NCBI GenBank assembly: GCA_964016885.1
Contig: OZ024741.1
Span: forward strand, 177,568,001-177,632,000
Reading direction: 5' to 3'
Length of the DNA: 64,000 nucleotides
Origin: Eledone cirrhosa
Taxonomy: Eukaryota
Shown here: in pieces, positions 27,930-40,494 of the stretch
Layout of the letters: every line of letters starts with the position of its first letter
Numbering within the stretch: the stretch's first letter is position 1
Position numbers and translations under genes: made by a program
Notes under the pieces: generated by a model
Seen by the model: the letters and a program-made list of their open reading frames with translations, nothing else
The model's database searches: none
What the model was told of the DNA's origin: nothing

Positions 27930-28600
27930 TTACTTGGGAGGGGAGTTCCACTGAAGGAGGTAGAGAAATTGAAGTATATCGGGCCCATGTGTGGAATACA
28001 TGAGGCTGAATTGAGTGCAGGAATTATAAGAGCGGCTGATGAAATATGACAGCTGCACCATTCGGTAATCAGAAGCAAAGATGTAAGTGTAAGAGTCAAA
28101 TTCACTATCTTTAATTCGCTATTCCTGACAGGCATTACATTTGAACATCCAATTTAGGGATTTATTGAAGGTATATGATCGGGAATACAAGTGGCTGAAA
28201 AGTGTTTCTACCCAATGATCTTCGGAGTAACGGTACACAATAGAGTGTGAAGTTCGAAGACCAGAAAGTCATTCCAGATAGAGCAACTACTTCACAAAAT
28301 TGTCTGATTACAACTCCCATGCTACGGGCATAAGGTTCGAATATCTGCAGAAAGAATAGTTGGACAGCTTTTACTGGCGAAACCAATTGACAGGAAACCC
28401 ATGAGTAAGCTCCGAGAAGGAAAGCCGTATAACCTCAACCGGAAGGAGTTGCTTTAGACAGGACCCGTTGGAACGCGTATTTAAGGACGCTGCCACAACG
28501 AATATCTCAGGAATAAGTGTGCGAAGAAGGTAAATGAACTCAACATCTGTTGGATGCCAGATGAATATGTTAGTCGCTACGCTGAAGAGACTTTAACTAC
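27930..28600 (+). mobile_element. Degenerate RTE LINE 3' fragment
   Basis: GVPLKEVEKLKYIG...EAELSAGI; similar to 47150-47600 and 53050-53660. Confidence 0.6.
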
Positions 28601-30894
28601 TAGTTCTATATATATTTACAGGTGTACTCAAAGTGGCTGAATTAAGTAGCATTGGGAAATTTCACATTTGAAAATATGCGACACTGAGACAGATCTAAAT
28701 ACTTATATACCATAGCGCATTCACAACCAATAATCGAAGCCAACGTGAATTGAGAACAAAAACAATCATATTATATGTTAGTGCATGCATTACATGCAGA
28801 CACGCAGCTAATTATTTATTCCATTCAATATTATTCCATGGCAACTGAAAGGGTAAACGTAGTTGACATCCTAATTTCTCAGATTAATATGGTCACGTTT
28901 TATAAAATATTTTATAGAAATTTTGAGTATATAGATAATTGAAATGAAGAGATTTAATTGCTTGACTTCATAAAATCTATAATTAATTCGATGCAGGATA
29001 TATTATTATGACAAACAATTAGTATTTTATTTTCACCATTGCTGTATAATTATTTATGTTTAACAATCCTGAAACATCTAATCACGTAAACACAGACACG
29101 TCCTCTACTCACAAGACATCAGATTTTCTTAATTCACCTGCAAATATTTCGTTTTAATTGCACATGATAATTTTGATTTGTCTTGTTTTTGACATGTCTG
29201 GACGACGAGTAAGCTGTATCCATTGCTTTCATATACACCCTGTGGTTGTTTAGTCCTGGTTAGTTTGAATGAAGCATATCTATAATCAAATGTTTTCAAT
29301 GCACTGACCACCAGCCTTATTTTCAGTCAAAATACATTTAAGGCTATAGTATCCAAAATGTTCACCCTATTTTAAGACGATTAATTGTTATTTGTCTAGG
29401 ATTCAGTTTGTATCTCAGCAGGTGTTATGTCCACATCTGAGCACACTAAACACAGAGCGCCTACGCAGCCGCATGTCCTGCTAAAGAAGCAACGAAATCG
29501 TTCTTAAATCACACACCACTGTCGAAGAAATGAGACATTGGAGAACGTTTTACTAGGTTACTTATAAATAGTAAAAGCCGTTTCTCAATTGTCCGTTACA
29601 GATTGTTTTAAACTTAAGTTTGCTTAATAGTGGCTAGCATTGCGCTAAAAACAAAATACGATAACAGACTTTCGTTAAAATATAAATTTCACTAATCCGT
29701 ATTGGTAAAATGGTAGTTAAGTTTTAAACTGTACTATTCAAAATGTAAGTTGTACAGAGAACAAAAAATATTTTTCTTAGAAAATCTTATGATTCTTAAT
29801 TGCGATGTTGTTCTAATCTTTCTTTAGAATTAAACTAGAGAAGAAAAAAAGAATAAGTACACAATTTGCATTAAAAAAGAATATTACAAACGTGAAACAT
29901 TTATTATAAATTTATTATATATTATAAACTTATCCACGTCAACTGTGAAGACGTATTAAATAATGGACATATAGATGACATATAAGCTGAATAAATGTAT
30001 CTATTTCGTGTGTTAATACATTAGTTTACTGGAGAACCAGTGATGTTTTGTTGTGACTCCTTTGTGGTGTTACGATCATTATCAATTGGGAAAAAAAACA
30101 GAAGATAAATTGCATATAGCTATTATAAAAATAGAGTCGGTGGCGAATTTGAAAAGTTTCTATTTGTTCAATAGGAAATGTGGCTACATTCCTCTACGAA
30201 TTACATTTCTTAACGTGATGAAACTACAATGAGAATGAAGATTGTGTATACATTTTATTCCCTTGATTTTTTTCGGTAATAGGTTTCGTTGGTGGCGTAA
30301 CGATGATATATATATATATATATATATAAATATATATATATATATTATATATATATACATTTGTGTGTGTGTGTGCATATATATGTATGTGTGCATGTGT
30401 GCGCATGCGTGATTGTGTATATCCACATATATGAGTGCATATATATGAATAGATAGATAGATTGAACAAATAAATTGATAGATTCAGAGGTAATAATTTT
30501 ACTGAAGTGTTCTCCCAATTCTTCAGAAAGGTAATAGCAATACAAAAGTATTATAACATGTTGCATGTCTAAAACATATCGATGTTGATGATGAGTTGGG
30601 TAGAAAATCGTAAATGGGACGCAATGGGAGAGGGAAAATATTTGGGAAATGCAATTGATGGACAAACAATTAAATCTTCAATTTCAAAAACTTTTCAAGG
30701 GATGCACAGAGACTGAATTATTCGAAAATCATTCCATGAACATGGAATATCAGTCGTAGTATTCTTTAGATACTAAATGTCGAATTCGAGAGACATTGTT
30801 TAAAGAGTTGTACCATATTCTTTATTTATTTATAGTTTCCCTCGAATTGTAGAGGAGTATTAAACAGTCATGTAGACGAATTTCTTCAGATGCA

Positions 30895-31050
30895 GACACA
30901 GCTATGTCGATAAGGATTTCGCTCCGTAAACAACGTTGTTTCAGGTTCAGTCCCAATACGTTGTACCTTGTGTAAGTGTCTTGTGCAGCTTTATTTCAAC
31001 CAATACCTAACTTGTGAAATGGAAACGGCAAACCATGGAAGCACGTCGTA
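30895..31050 (+). mobile_element. Degenerate tRNA-derived SINE (second family)
   Basis: B-box-like GGTTCAGTCCC followed by accttgtgtaagtgtctt...ggaagcacgtcgta; family assignment from recalled similarity only. Confidence 0.45.
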
Positions 31051-31407
31051 CTTATATATTAGAGTTTTGCTATATCCAAAAAATCTACCTAACTACTTGT
31101 TTATAAATGTGTAAGTATTGCCAGCGATGTATACAAAATGTTTTTAAAACTATATAAATTGTTCACAGCTTTTAATCTACGGTGTGTCGTGCATAATTAT
31201 TACATCTGAAAACAATTTATTATATACATATTTTTTTCTAGAACCAACCTTTTACACTTCATTCATCAAATTATATTGAATCAGTATTGTCTTCATTTCA
31301 TTACGGAATATCAATTTCAGCAATTCCCCAATTTTCATTGGCACTTTATTTTATAGAACCTGAAAAGATGAATACTAATGTTTTACCTCAGCGTCAATTA
31401 AACGTTG

Positions 31408-31451
<44 letters not shown>

Positions 31452-31503
31452 GCGTGTGTGTGTGTTATATATATGTATGTGTGTCTGTGTATGTATATAT
31501 ACG

Positions 31504-31627
<124 letters not shown>

Positions 31628-31655
31628 CAAAGTAATATATATATTTTTTTATATG

Positions 31656-31686
<31 letters not shown>

Positions 31687-32768
31687 GGAGAGAGAGAGAG
31701 CGGGGGGGGGGGGGGGAGACGGAGAGAAAGAGAAGGAGGGAGAGAATAAAATGTGTAGACAATTTCCATTTCATTTTCTGTAACATGGAACAGTTAAATT
31801 TTACATGATTCCCTGAACTGGGAAGGAATTATGAATGATTTGAAATGGCTTATTCACGGATCCGAATCTTCGCTTAAGAATTTATTTGTGAGAACATATT
31901 TTGTTCTACGACAGTCTGCACAATGAATATATGATTAATGATATTTTGTGACTGGACACAAAGAAACAAAACATATTTGATAGAAGGTTTGTCTGATTTT
32001 CCTTCGTCAAAATGGCTAATATAAGATTGAAAAAATATTCACATAGGGTTATTAATATCATTTGAGATATATTATCAGACAATAAATCTAGCTTCTCTGT
32101 TTTTGTTTATGCTTGTTGCACAAAGGATAAGTGGACATAAAATTATTAATTTCAAAATTAACAAAGGAAAAAACAACGTTAAAAACTTATTTCAAATTAT
32201 TTGATTTTCTAAAACATCTATAAATATTCTGAAATATTCTCATTTGTAAGCTAATTATAAACATATATATTTATTTCATAATAACTTATGTAACAATATG
32301 TTTTATAAAGTGTTCGACAAAGTTTAATAAATTAGTTTTTAAAGTATGGTCATTATTCGTAATATTAACGTCAATTATATTTTTAATACGTCAACTTCAG
32401 AATTGCAATTCTTTTTACCATAGTTTCTGTTTCAGCGGTCACTGAAATGATTATTCCATTAATATATGCAGCCAAACATAAGGGATAATTTTAACAAGCT
32501 CAAATTCTAGCAGGCATGCAGACACAGTGATGCAATGATACATTTCCTTAACACTTATCATTTCGGGACATCTAGCCTATATGTAAGTAGGAGCCAGAAA
32601 ACAGTTCATTATATCACGAGATCACCCCAGGCGTAATTACCCTCTCGTAAGTTTTACAATTGTAACATATGGCCTGGGTTTGAGTAAAGAGTCGAAACGT
32701 ATATCGCAAAGGATTTAATGCTCCGTCACTCACATGGTTCTGCGAACCAACCATAGAACCAATCACCC

Positions 32769-32846
<78 letters not shown>

Positions 32847-34230
32847 GGGGGGGTATGTATATATATATAAAATTGTACTTGTAATTGAAAGGACAGCCAG
32901 TCAGGTTGAACATTGAATCTCACTGAATAGAACGTTATCAGTACGCTTGTATTTGGTATGCTCAACCAATTGCACGTACAATCCCACGAGTAGGTTACTT
33001 CGTTGATTGTATCCACTGAATTACACGTTATCGAAATCGACAAAACCTACAACAAAACCTTGACCACAGACTATTGAATTTGTTTGATAAGTGTAAACAC
33101 AAAGATTTAGAAAGGGCCTTGAGCTTCTAACTAAACCATAGTGCTAGCAGTTTATGAAGAATATTAATGCATGAAACATGTTATCAAAGAATACGTTAAA
33201 TATTCATCTAATCCGTATTTGTTTTCCAGGTGATTAATTCAAATGTTGGGACGAATAATAGATGCCAAGAAAAATTGATGGTGACAGAACATAGGAAATT
33301 CCGTTATTTCTAGAAAGGCGCACGAATTTGATGGTTGATAGGCTGCTGCAATTTTACTTGAAAGAAATCCATCAACCATATTGATTTCTGTGTCAATGAG
33401 AGTAAACGTTTAACTTGAAAGTATTATTTATGCTTCAGGTTATCTACGTTTAATATTTATATCTACAAATGTAATGATTCTGAGACAAAAATATATCAAT
33501 TGTGGTTCATATATATTCTTGTACTTCCAACATTTCCGTTAACCGGTTAACGTGTGCTCTAGTTGAATCAATCAACAGACAACCTACTAAGGAAACCAAC
33601 GAGCAAGTGACTTACACATTGCAACCACACAGACGGCAATACGATCCTGAATCCAGTACACTTACCATATGCCAAGCGCATACCACCACACAATTTAAAG
33701 TGTTTACATGTTAAGCTGTGGAATCATTAATTTTCCTGTTTCACTGCAAGGGTTCCTCCCTGAGAGTTTACCTAGCAAAAATGTACTCTATGTGTGTGTT
33801 CTGAATTGATTTGTTTAGTAATTTATAAGCAACGAGATCGAACTCATCATATATAGATCAAAATCCCTATTCCAATTAATTCAGCAAATTCTTTTCTTAA
33901 TTTTTGGTCGGGTGCTTTCATTTGGCGTAAGTGTCGCAGCTATTTTAAGCACTACCAGAATATTTCAGGAAACGTACCACTGCTGCTAACCTGTTGACCA
34001 ATTAGCAATACACGTATAACTAATTATGCCGTATATCTTTGGATGTACGAATTTTACATACATGCATGTATACAGTAAAGCCGAAGCTAAATTTTTGTTC
34101 TACCTCTAAGTTGAGCCAACTTATACAGCTTCATATGCAAATGAAACTAAGAAGCCCACCTACAGAGGCGAACAAACTCTTTTGGATTATCTCCCTTTCC
34201 CTTCTCCCTCTCACTTTCGGTTGCTCCATA

Positions 34231-34304
<74 letters not shown>

Positions 34305-34705
34305 TCTACCTTCACTTCGATTGAGAGGTCACGGTACGACTGGGCTGCTGTTATCGCACCCCCAGACTTCAGTTTAATCAGTACGCTATAACTTATTCTA
34401 TTCTATTTTTCCTCGGTTACTCACTTGCATGTTCCATTGTCCTCTGTCCTTTTGGTCTGTTTACCTTTCTTTTTTCTCTTTCTTCCTCTCTCCTCATTAC
34501 TTTTCCACTTTATTCTTCTTTTTTCTTTACTTTCCTTCCTGGCCTTTTGATGGATAAAAGGCTTTGGACGCGCCGCTGATCGTTTTAGATGTCCTGTATT
34601 AAGCGCCGAAACATCTTGATTCCGGTTAACAGCTGATGAAGTATTTCTTTTCTTCTGTTTCATCCATACTACCATCTTAAACTATATATATATATATTTA
34701 TATAT

Positions 34706-34953
34706 ATATTGTTATATTTGGGGAGAGTGATATTTGTGTAATAATATTGCCAGAATTAATAACAGAACACACTCACTCTTTGGTTGGTTTTCGCTTCTGT
34801 CTTTTATATCGGCTAATTTGATTTATTCGGTCCTCAATGTGAGTGTGTTCTGTTATTAATTCTGGCAATATTATTACACAAATATGACCCTCCCCAAGTA
34901 TAACAATATTTGTTTCGACACACGATTTCATATAAAAAACTCGCAAAACTAAT
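34706..34953. repeat. Fold-back of family C-like 3' end between (TA)n
   Basis: Inverted arms atattgttatatttgggagagtga...acacactcac / gtgagtgtgt...ccccaagtataacaatat (34706-34909). Confidence 0.8.
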
Positions 34954-34964
34954 ATATATATATG

Positions 34965-35535
34965 ATGGCCGCCCCCTCGTTATCGAGTATGGCCATTGCA
35001 CGATATACCATTATTAATAATTATTAATTAATTCTATCGTGCAATGCCTGTGCGTGAAGATATTTTTTAAAGTGAGGAAAGACTGTGCACTGAGCCAATC
35101 CCACTCTCTGAGCAACAGTAGCTATAACCCGAAAAGAAGAAAAGATTATCAGATTATCATCATCGGTTACTACTGAGACGCAGGTTTTATGTCGGAGTCA
35201 TACCAGTTTCCTGAGTTGCCTTCTCTTAGAAGCATGCCCTGACAAAGGCTAGGGGTCCTTCACTCCCAGTGGTTTAACCGCGAGATTTGGTGTCCCGCGT
35301 TCGGGTGTCCAGCCCGACTATTTCTATGTCCCCGTGCATATGTACATGTGTATATACATATTTACACACTTTAGATGGCCGTTGATTCTTATGAGTTATT
35401 TTGTCCTGCAGGGTTTCCAAAATGACCCTCCTAACCAAGTCAACTTGGTGGAGCTGCCGGTTTAGTCGCCGACGACCCGACCATGTGACAGGTTGTACTG
35501 GGTTACCTGTTACCAGTAGCACTCAAGAGTGACCC
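34965..35535 (-). mobile_element. Possible non-autonomous RTE-derived element
   Basis: GC-richer block between (TA)n containing gagttgccttctcttag...aaggctagggg, which resembles the reverse complement of RTE 5' UTRs; no ORF. Confidence 0.35.
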
Positions 35536-35616
<81 letters not shown>

Positions 35617-35651
35617 ATATACACATATATATATATATACGCATACACACG

Positions 35652-35703
<52 letters not shown>

Positions 35704-35739
35704 TATGCCTCCGTTAATTTATCGTGATATATATATATA

Positions 35740-36547
35740 TATTGTTATACTTGGGGAGGGTCATATGTGTGTAATATTGCCAGAATTAATAACAGAACAC
35801 ACTCACTGTTTGGTTAGTTTTCGCTTCTCGCTTCTGTATCTTTTATATCGGTAATCTAATATACTCGGTCCTCAATGTTGCCATTGACTGACCGGCGGTC
35901 AAAAATAATACAGATACAATATAGACACAAACACATATATATAGTTTATCATAAATCTTTCGTTGCACATCTGCAACATCGTCAGTGGTGCTATACCTTC
36001 CTCCCGCTGCATTGCATGTCTACGACATTTTTATTCAGTCTGTCTATATATTTATTTAGTTATTTGCTTGTTTGTTTATTTTATTTTGTCTTCTTTGCGC
36101 ATGCCTTTGCGTGTGTGTATAGTGTTTTGTTTGCTGTGTGATGGGTGACTAGTGTGTGTTTATGTGCTTGTTGTTATTGTGCTTGTGTATGTATTTATTT
36201 ATTTATTTATTTATTTTATTTTATTTACTTATTTATACTTCTCTTAGGTCAGTGTTGTTTGTTTGGGTGTTGTTGTTATTCCATTCATTCTTTCTGTTTA
36301 GCCTTGGTCTTCTAATTTCTATTTCACTGGCCTCTCTGATTTGCCTATCTGCTGGGTCATTTCTATGTTTAGATATTATTCTAATTTCTATGTTGTCTAT
36401 GTTACCGTCATGTTGTTGTCTAGCATGTTGGTATCGTAAAAGTGAGTGTGTTATGTTATTAATTCTGGCAATATTACACAAATATGACCCTCCCCAAGTA
36501 TAACAATATTTGTTTCGACACACGATTTCATATAAAAAACCTCGCAA

Positions 36548-36551
<4 letters not shown>
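35740..36551. mobile_element. Family C-like element with inverted termini and HHR
   Basis: Inverted terminal segments 35740-35810 / 36443-36510; HHR at 35948-35989 on the minus strand; flanked by (TA)n. Confidence 0.65.
35948..35989 (-). ncRNA. Minimal hammerhead with extra nucleotide after A9
   Basis: ACCA-CTGACGA-T-GTTGCA(GATG)TGCAAC-GAAA-GATT-TA-TGAT. Confidence 0.7.
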
Positions 36552-36624
<73 letters not shown>

Positions 36625-36629
36625 ATAAG

Positions 36630-39600
36630 CAAGGAGAAATTTAATTTGTTGGTTATTCAAAAAAATTATTTATAACAGATTCGAAGCACTCTACAGTTTT
36701 TTCTGGAGTATAATATCAATGATATTAATAATTGGAAACTATATTTATAAAACTATATTTGAATAGGTTCCTTGTACTATATTTATTTTTTTATATATAT
36801 TTTAAGAGTACCAACATGTTGGTACGATCTCATCAGATAAAATACAAAGTTTGTTTCATAAATGGTGAAAAACCCACGACACCAGACCTTATCGGTTTAG
36901 GTTCAGTTTGGATAGTGAAAGAAACATTTCAAATCTTTATGATGAATATGTAAATTAAGTTGAAACGTAAGGCTTTGAAAGGATGGTTATATTTAGACGC
37001 TAGGTAAATTTAAGTAATTATAACGGAAGAAGAAAAGAAAGAGAGGCTAATATTAATATTAGGGTGTAAGAAAATTTAAGGAATGATTATAAGAAAGAAT
37101 TATAGTTAGAAATACACTATTATTATTAAGATAAAATTGTATGGATCATATCAGTGATGGTGTAAAGAGAGTGATATAATTATATTTAATTATTTAATTA
37201 AATAATCATATATTTTGGTAGTATCTATAAAATAATATGAGAGTTAAAAATGTGTTGAAGTGGTAGAATACCAATTTAAAATTTTGAGATATGCAACTAA
37301 GTATTGGATCTATTCAAATCATGAGTTATAATATTATATAGATAATATTTATATGTATATTTTTAGGTTGTAAGTATATTTTAATTTATTATATTAAAAC
37401 GGGTTATTTATATAAGTATTTATATAAATATTTTTGGTGAGTAAATATGTTGTTATTTTCACTAGATAGATAATGTAAATATTTGTATATATGTTAAGGG
37501 TTACGAAGAATTTTGTGTTTACATTTTCAATATATAGTTAAGAAAAGGACGTAGTTTTAAATTTTATTTGAGAAGATTATTTTGTACGTTCAGATAGTTC
37601 CATCAAGATAATAATCATTCACAAAAAATATACACAGAATTTAATATTTATGTAACGATTAGTTGTTACGTAGAAGGAATGTTTAAGCGTGTTACATTAT
37701 TGTGGAAATGATAACTCCAATGTTTCTTAGTTAAAATAGTTATGTTACATTTGTCATTTAATTCTAGAATTTACTTTAAAAAAATATACACTTAAGATAT
37801 ATGCGGAATATAAGTAGAAAACCTAATATATTATTTTGTATACAAGTATAACGTATTTTATATTGGATGTTTTCAAAGAAGAGAATTCTTTTATATATGT
37901 ATTTAGATAGTATTAGCTACATCAATGCATGTGTTAAAGTCTATATAGTAATTTAGGAAGAACAAATATTATTACAAACATCATAAGTATATTTAGAAAC
38001 ATTATCAAAATTATCACAAAAAAGATATATTCCAAAGAAGATATATTCCAACAAAGATATATTCCAAAATATCATTGAAAACCATTAAAAAGAATATCAT
38101 TTGAAAAAGAATATCATTTGAAAAATATTAGATAAAAAGAAAAAATATCATTTAAAAATCACTACAAAATCTCGACAAAAACAGAGGGAAGACATATAAA
38201 ATGTAGACAAGTGAAATTATTCTATAGATAAAAGATAATTCTGAAAGTCATTTCCTGGCGATGTCTGCAGGAACTTAATAATTCTTTCTTTTTGTTAATA
38301 GAGTCTTGGCATGTAAGTATATAAAATATTTCTTGAATACACAAAGGACAAATTCTTGAGAGAGCCATATTTTTTAATCGGATCTATTAAAAGTATGTTT
38401 GTGATATAATCTGCGTTCTTTAAATTTTGTAGAAGTGGCTCCTATATAGTTATATATTTTATCGCTAGTTTTTACTCTGCATTTGTATACTAAGTTTTTA
38501 TCTAGGCAATTATTCTGTAACGGGCAATTTGATACGTCTCTACAGTTACATTTTCCAGAGTTATTGTCACAATGAACGGTACTATTATTATTAGTATTAA
38601 TACTGTTATTAGTAATATTAATATTGTTATCTTGGTTTATTTGGTTTGGATTTAAATTTAAGTTTCTATTATTAATTATATTTATGTTTTGCACTATATT
38701 CATCGTAGTAGAGTAAGATAGTTTAATAGTATGTCTGTTAAAAATAGAATGGTATCTATGGGATTTAGGAAAACACTTATCTAATGCTTTGAAAAATAGC
38801 TTTGCTACATATGTTTTAACGCCTAACGAGAATGGGGGAGAGTACCAAATAATATCTTTGGTTTGATTTACTATTTATCTTAAATTGCTTATTATTATTA
38901 TTATAGTGAATTTTAGGATGATTTTGCATATTATTGTTATCTAAGTATTTAATTTTACTCATGTAGCCAGCTCTATGTAAAGCATCACATTAATATACTG
39001 CCTTATTATCAAACATATTATTAGCTGAAATGCGTGAAATTCGTTACAGGACACTATTGACCATAGTATTTTTTACGTTTCTAGGATGGTTAGAATGGAA
39101 GTTTAGGTTTTCATTAATCTTATGGAAAGGGTGATATAGACCTGAACTAAGGTTTAAAGTTACATCTAAGAAGTTAACAGTTTTATTATTATTATTCTCA
39201 ATTTCTACTTTAAGGTTGTAATTATTGAAAAATTCTATGATTGATCTCTTTTTCCTATTAAGTTCGCAATGCTATGGTTTTCCACGATAAGTAACATATC
39301 GTCGCGATATAAGCCTCCGGCCATCTCTGGTATTTTTCTATGTAGTACATTAAGAATAAATATTCCAACGAGATCTGTTACTTAAGCTGAGTCAGATGAT
39401 CCCATTCTGATGTCAAAATTGTGCTTTCTGTCAGCCCTTGTCCAGGTTGGTTATTAAATCCAATTAGCGTGTTGCGTGCGGTTAAAATGATATTTATTTA
39501 TTCATTAGATAAGTCCGTATATTTTGAACCATAAATGAGTGCCTTATTAAGTAAGTTAGGGGTAATCGAGGAGTACTAATTAGCAATATCCATTTATATA

Positions 39601-39892
39601 AATGTTTTTTATGTTTTAATGTAATGTCTACAAACCAATCTAGTACTTCATGTGTACCGTTCCATAGTTTAAGGTGTGATTTTTGCTTAAGTACAGGTAT
39701 AATCCTATCTATTATATGTTTGCTAATTAGGCCTAAATGGTGCGATGAGTTTAACTGGTAGTTCAACTTCGAAGTTTCTTTTGTGGTCCTTCATATTAAT
39801 CTTCGGTTTCCTAGGTATAACAGGTTCATTCTTATTTTGAAAATATGCGTGGTTGGTTTTGTGTTTGCAAACACAAAACCAACCACGCATAT
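36630..39892 (-). mobile_element. Degenerate Hydra-like PLE (RT + GIY-YIG, long AT-rich 3' region, pLTR)
   Basis: PRKPKINMKDH, IIDRIIPVLK, GLYRDD, SNHP, LHRAGY, IIWYSPPFS, KCNCRDVSNCPLQNNCLDKNLVY...YIGATSTKFKER, CRHRQ. Including 36630-38200 (with CTGATGA motif at 36791-36842, homologous to 54700-54990) is inference. Confidence 0.8.
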
Positions 39893-40103
39893 CTTTACTA
39901 TCCCTAATCCTTCTATAGATTTAGAAAAATAACCAATAATATATTCTATAAAAAATGTCAAAACAACAGATGGGAATCTAATTACTCACTGCCACCAAGA
40001 ATTCTCACTGCTATCGAAAAACCACTCCTTCAACTATTCTTCTAACAACTTCACCCCTCCCTCCTAATATTCTCTATAAAAACTAAATAGATCCTCAGTA
40101 ATA

Positions 40104-40224
40104 TTATTCTGATGAAATGACAGTAAATAATAACATTGAAATATTGAATGTCTGCATAACTAAAACTTTGTAGATAGCAGCTGTTTTCAGGTTATGTAAC
40201 TGTTATAGAAACACGTGTCAATAA
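40104..40224 (+). ncRNA. Minimal hammerhead with about 90-nt branched helix II
   Basis: TTATT-CTGATGA-A-ATGACAGT[ACATT/AATGT and TGCATAAC/GTTATGTA stems]ACTGTTAT-A-GAAAC-ACGT-GTC-AATAA. Confidence 0.85.
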
Positions 40225-40374
40225 ATTCCTTTCAACTAAACTGTATCCATTCAAATCTTTCTATTTTTCTCCGGATTACTTTTGGAACTACAACTGGAAC
40301 CGTCGAGCAAACTCTACGTGAGCTGATAATCTACTGTGTGTAATATTTATATTACAACACAACGGAAAATACTG

Positions 40375-40466
<92 letters not shown>

Positions 40467-40494
40467 TATATATATAATATATATATATATGCAT

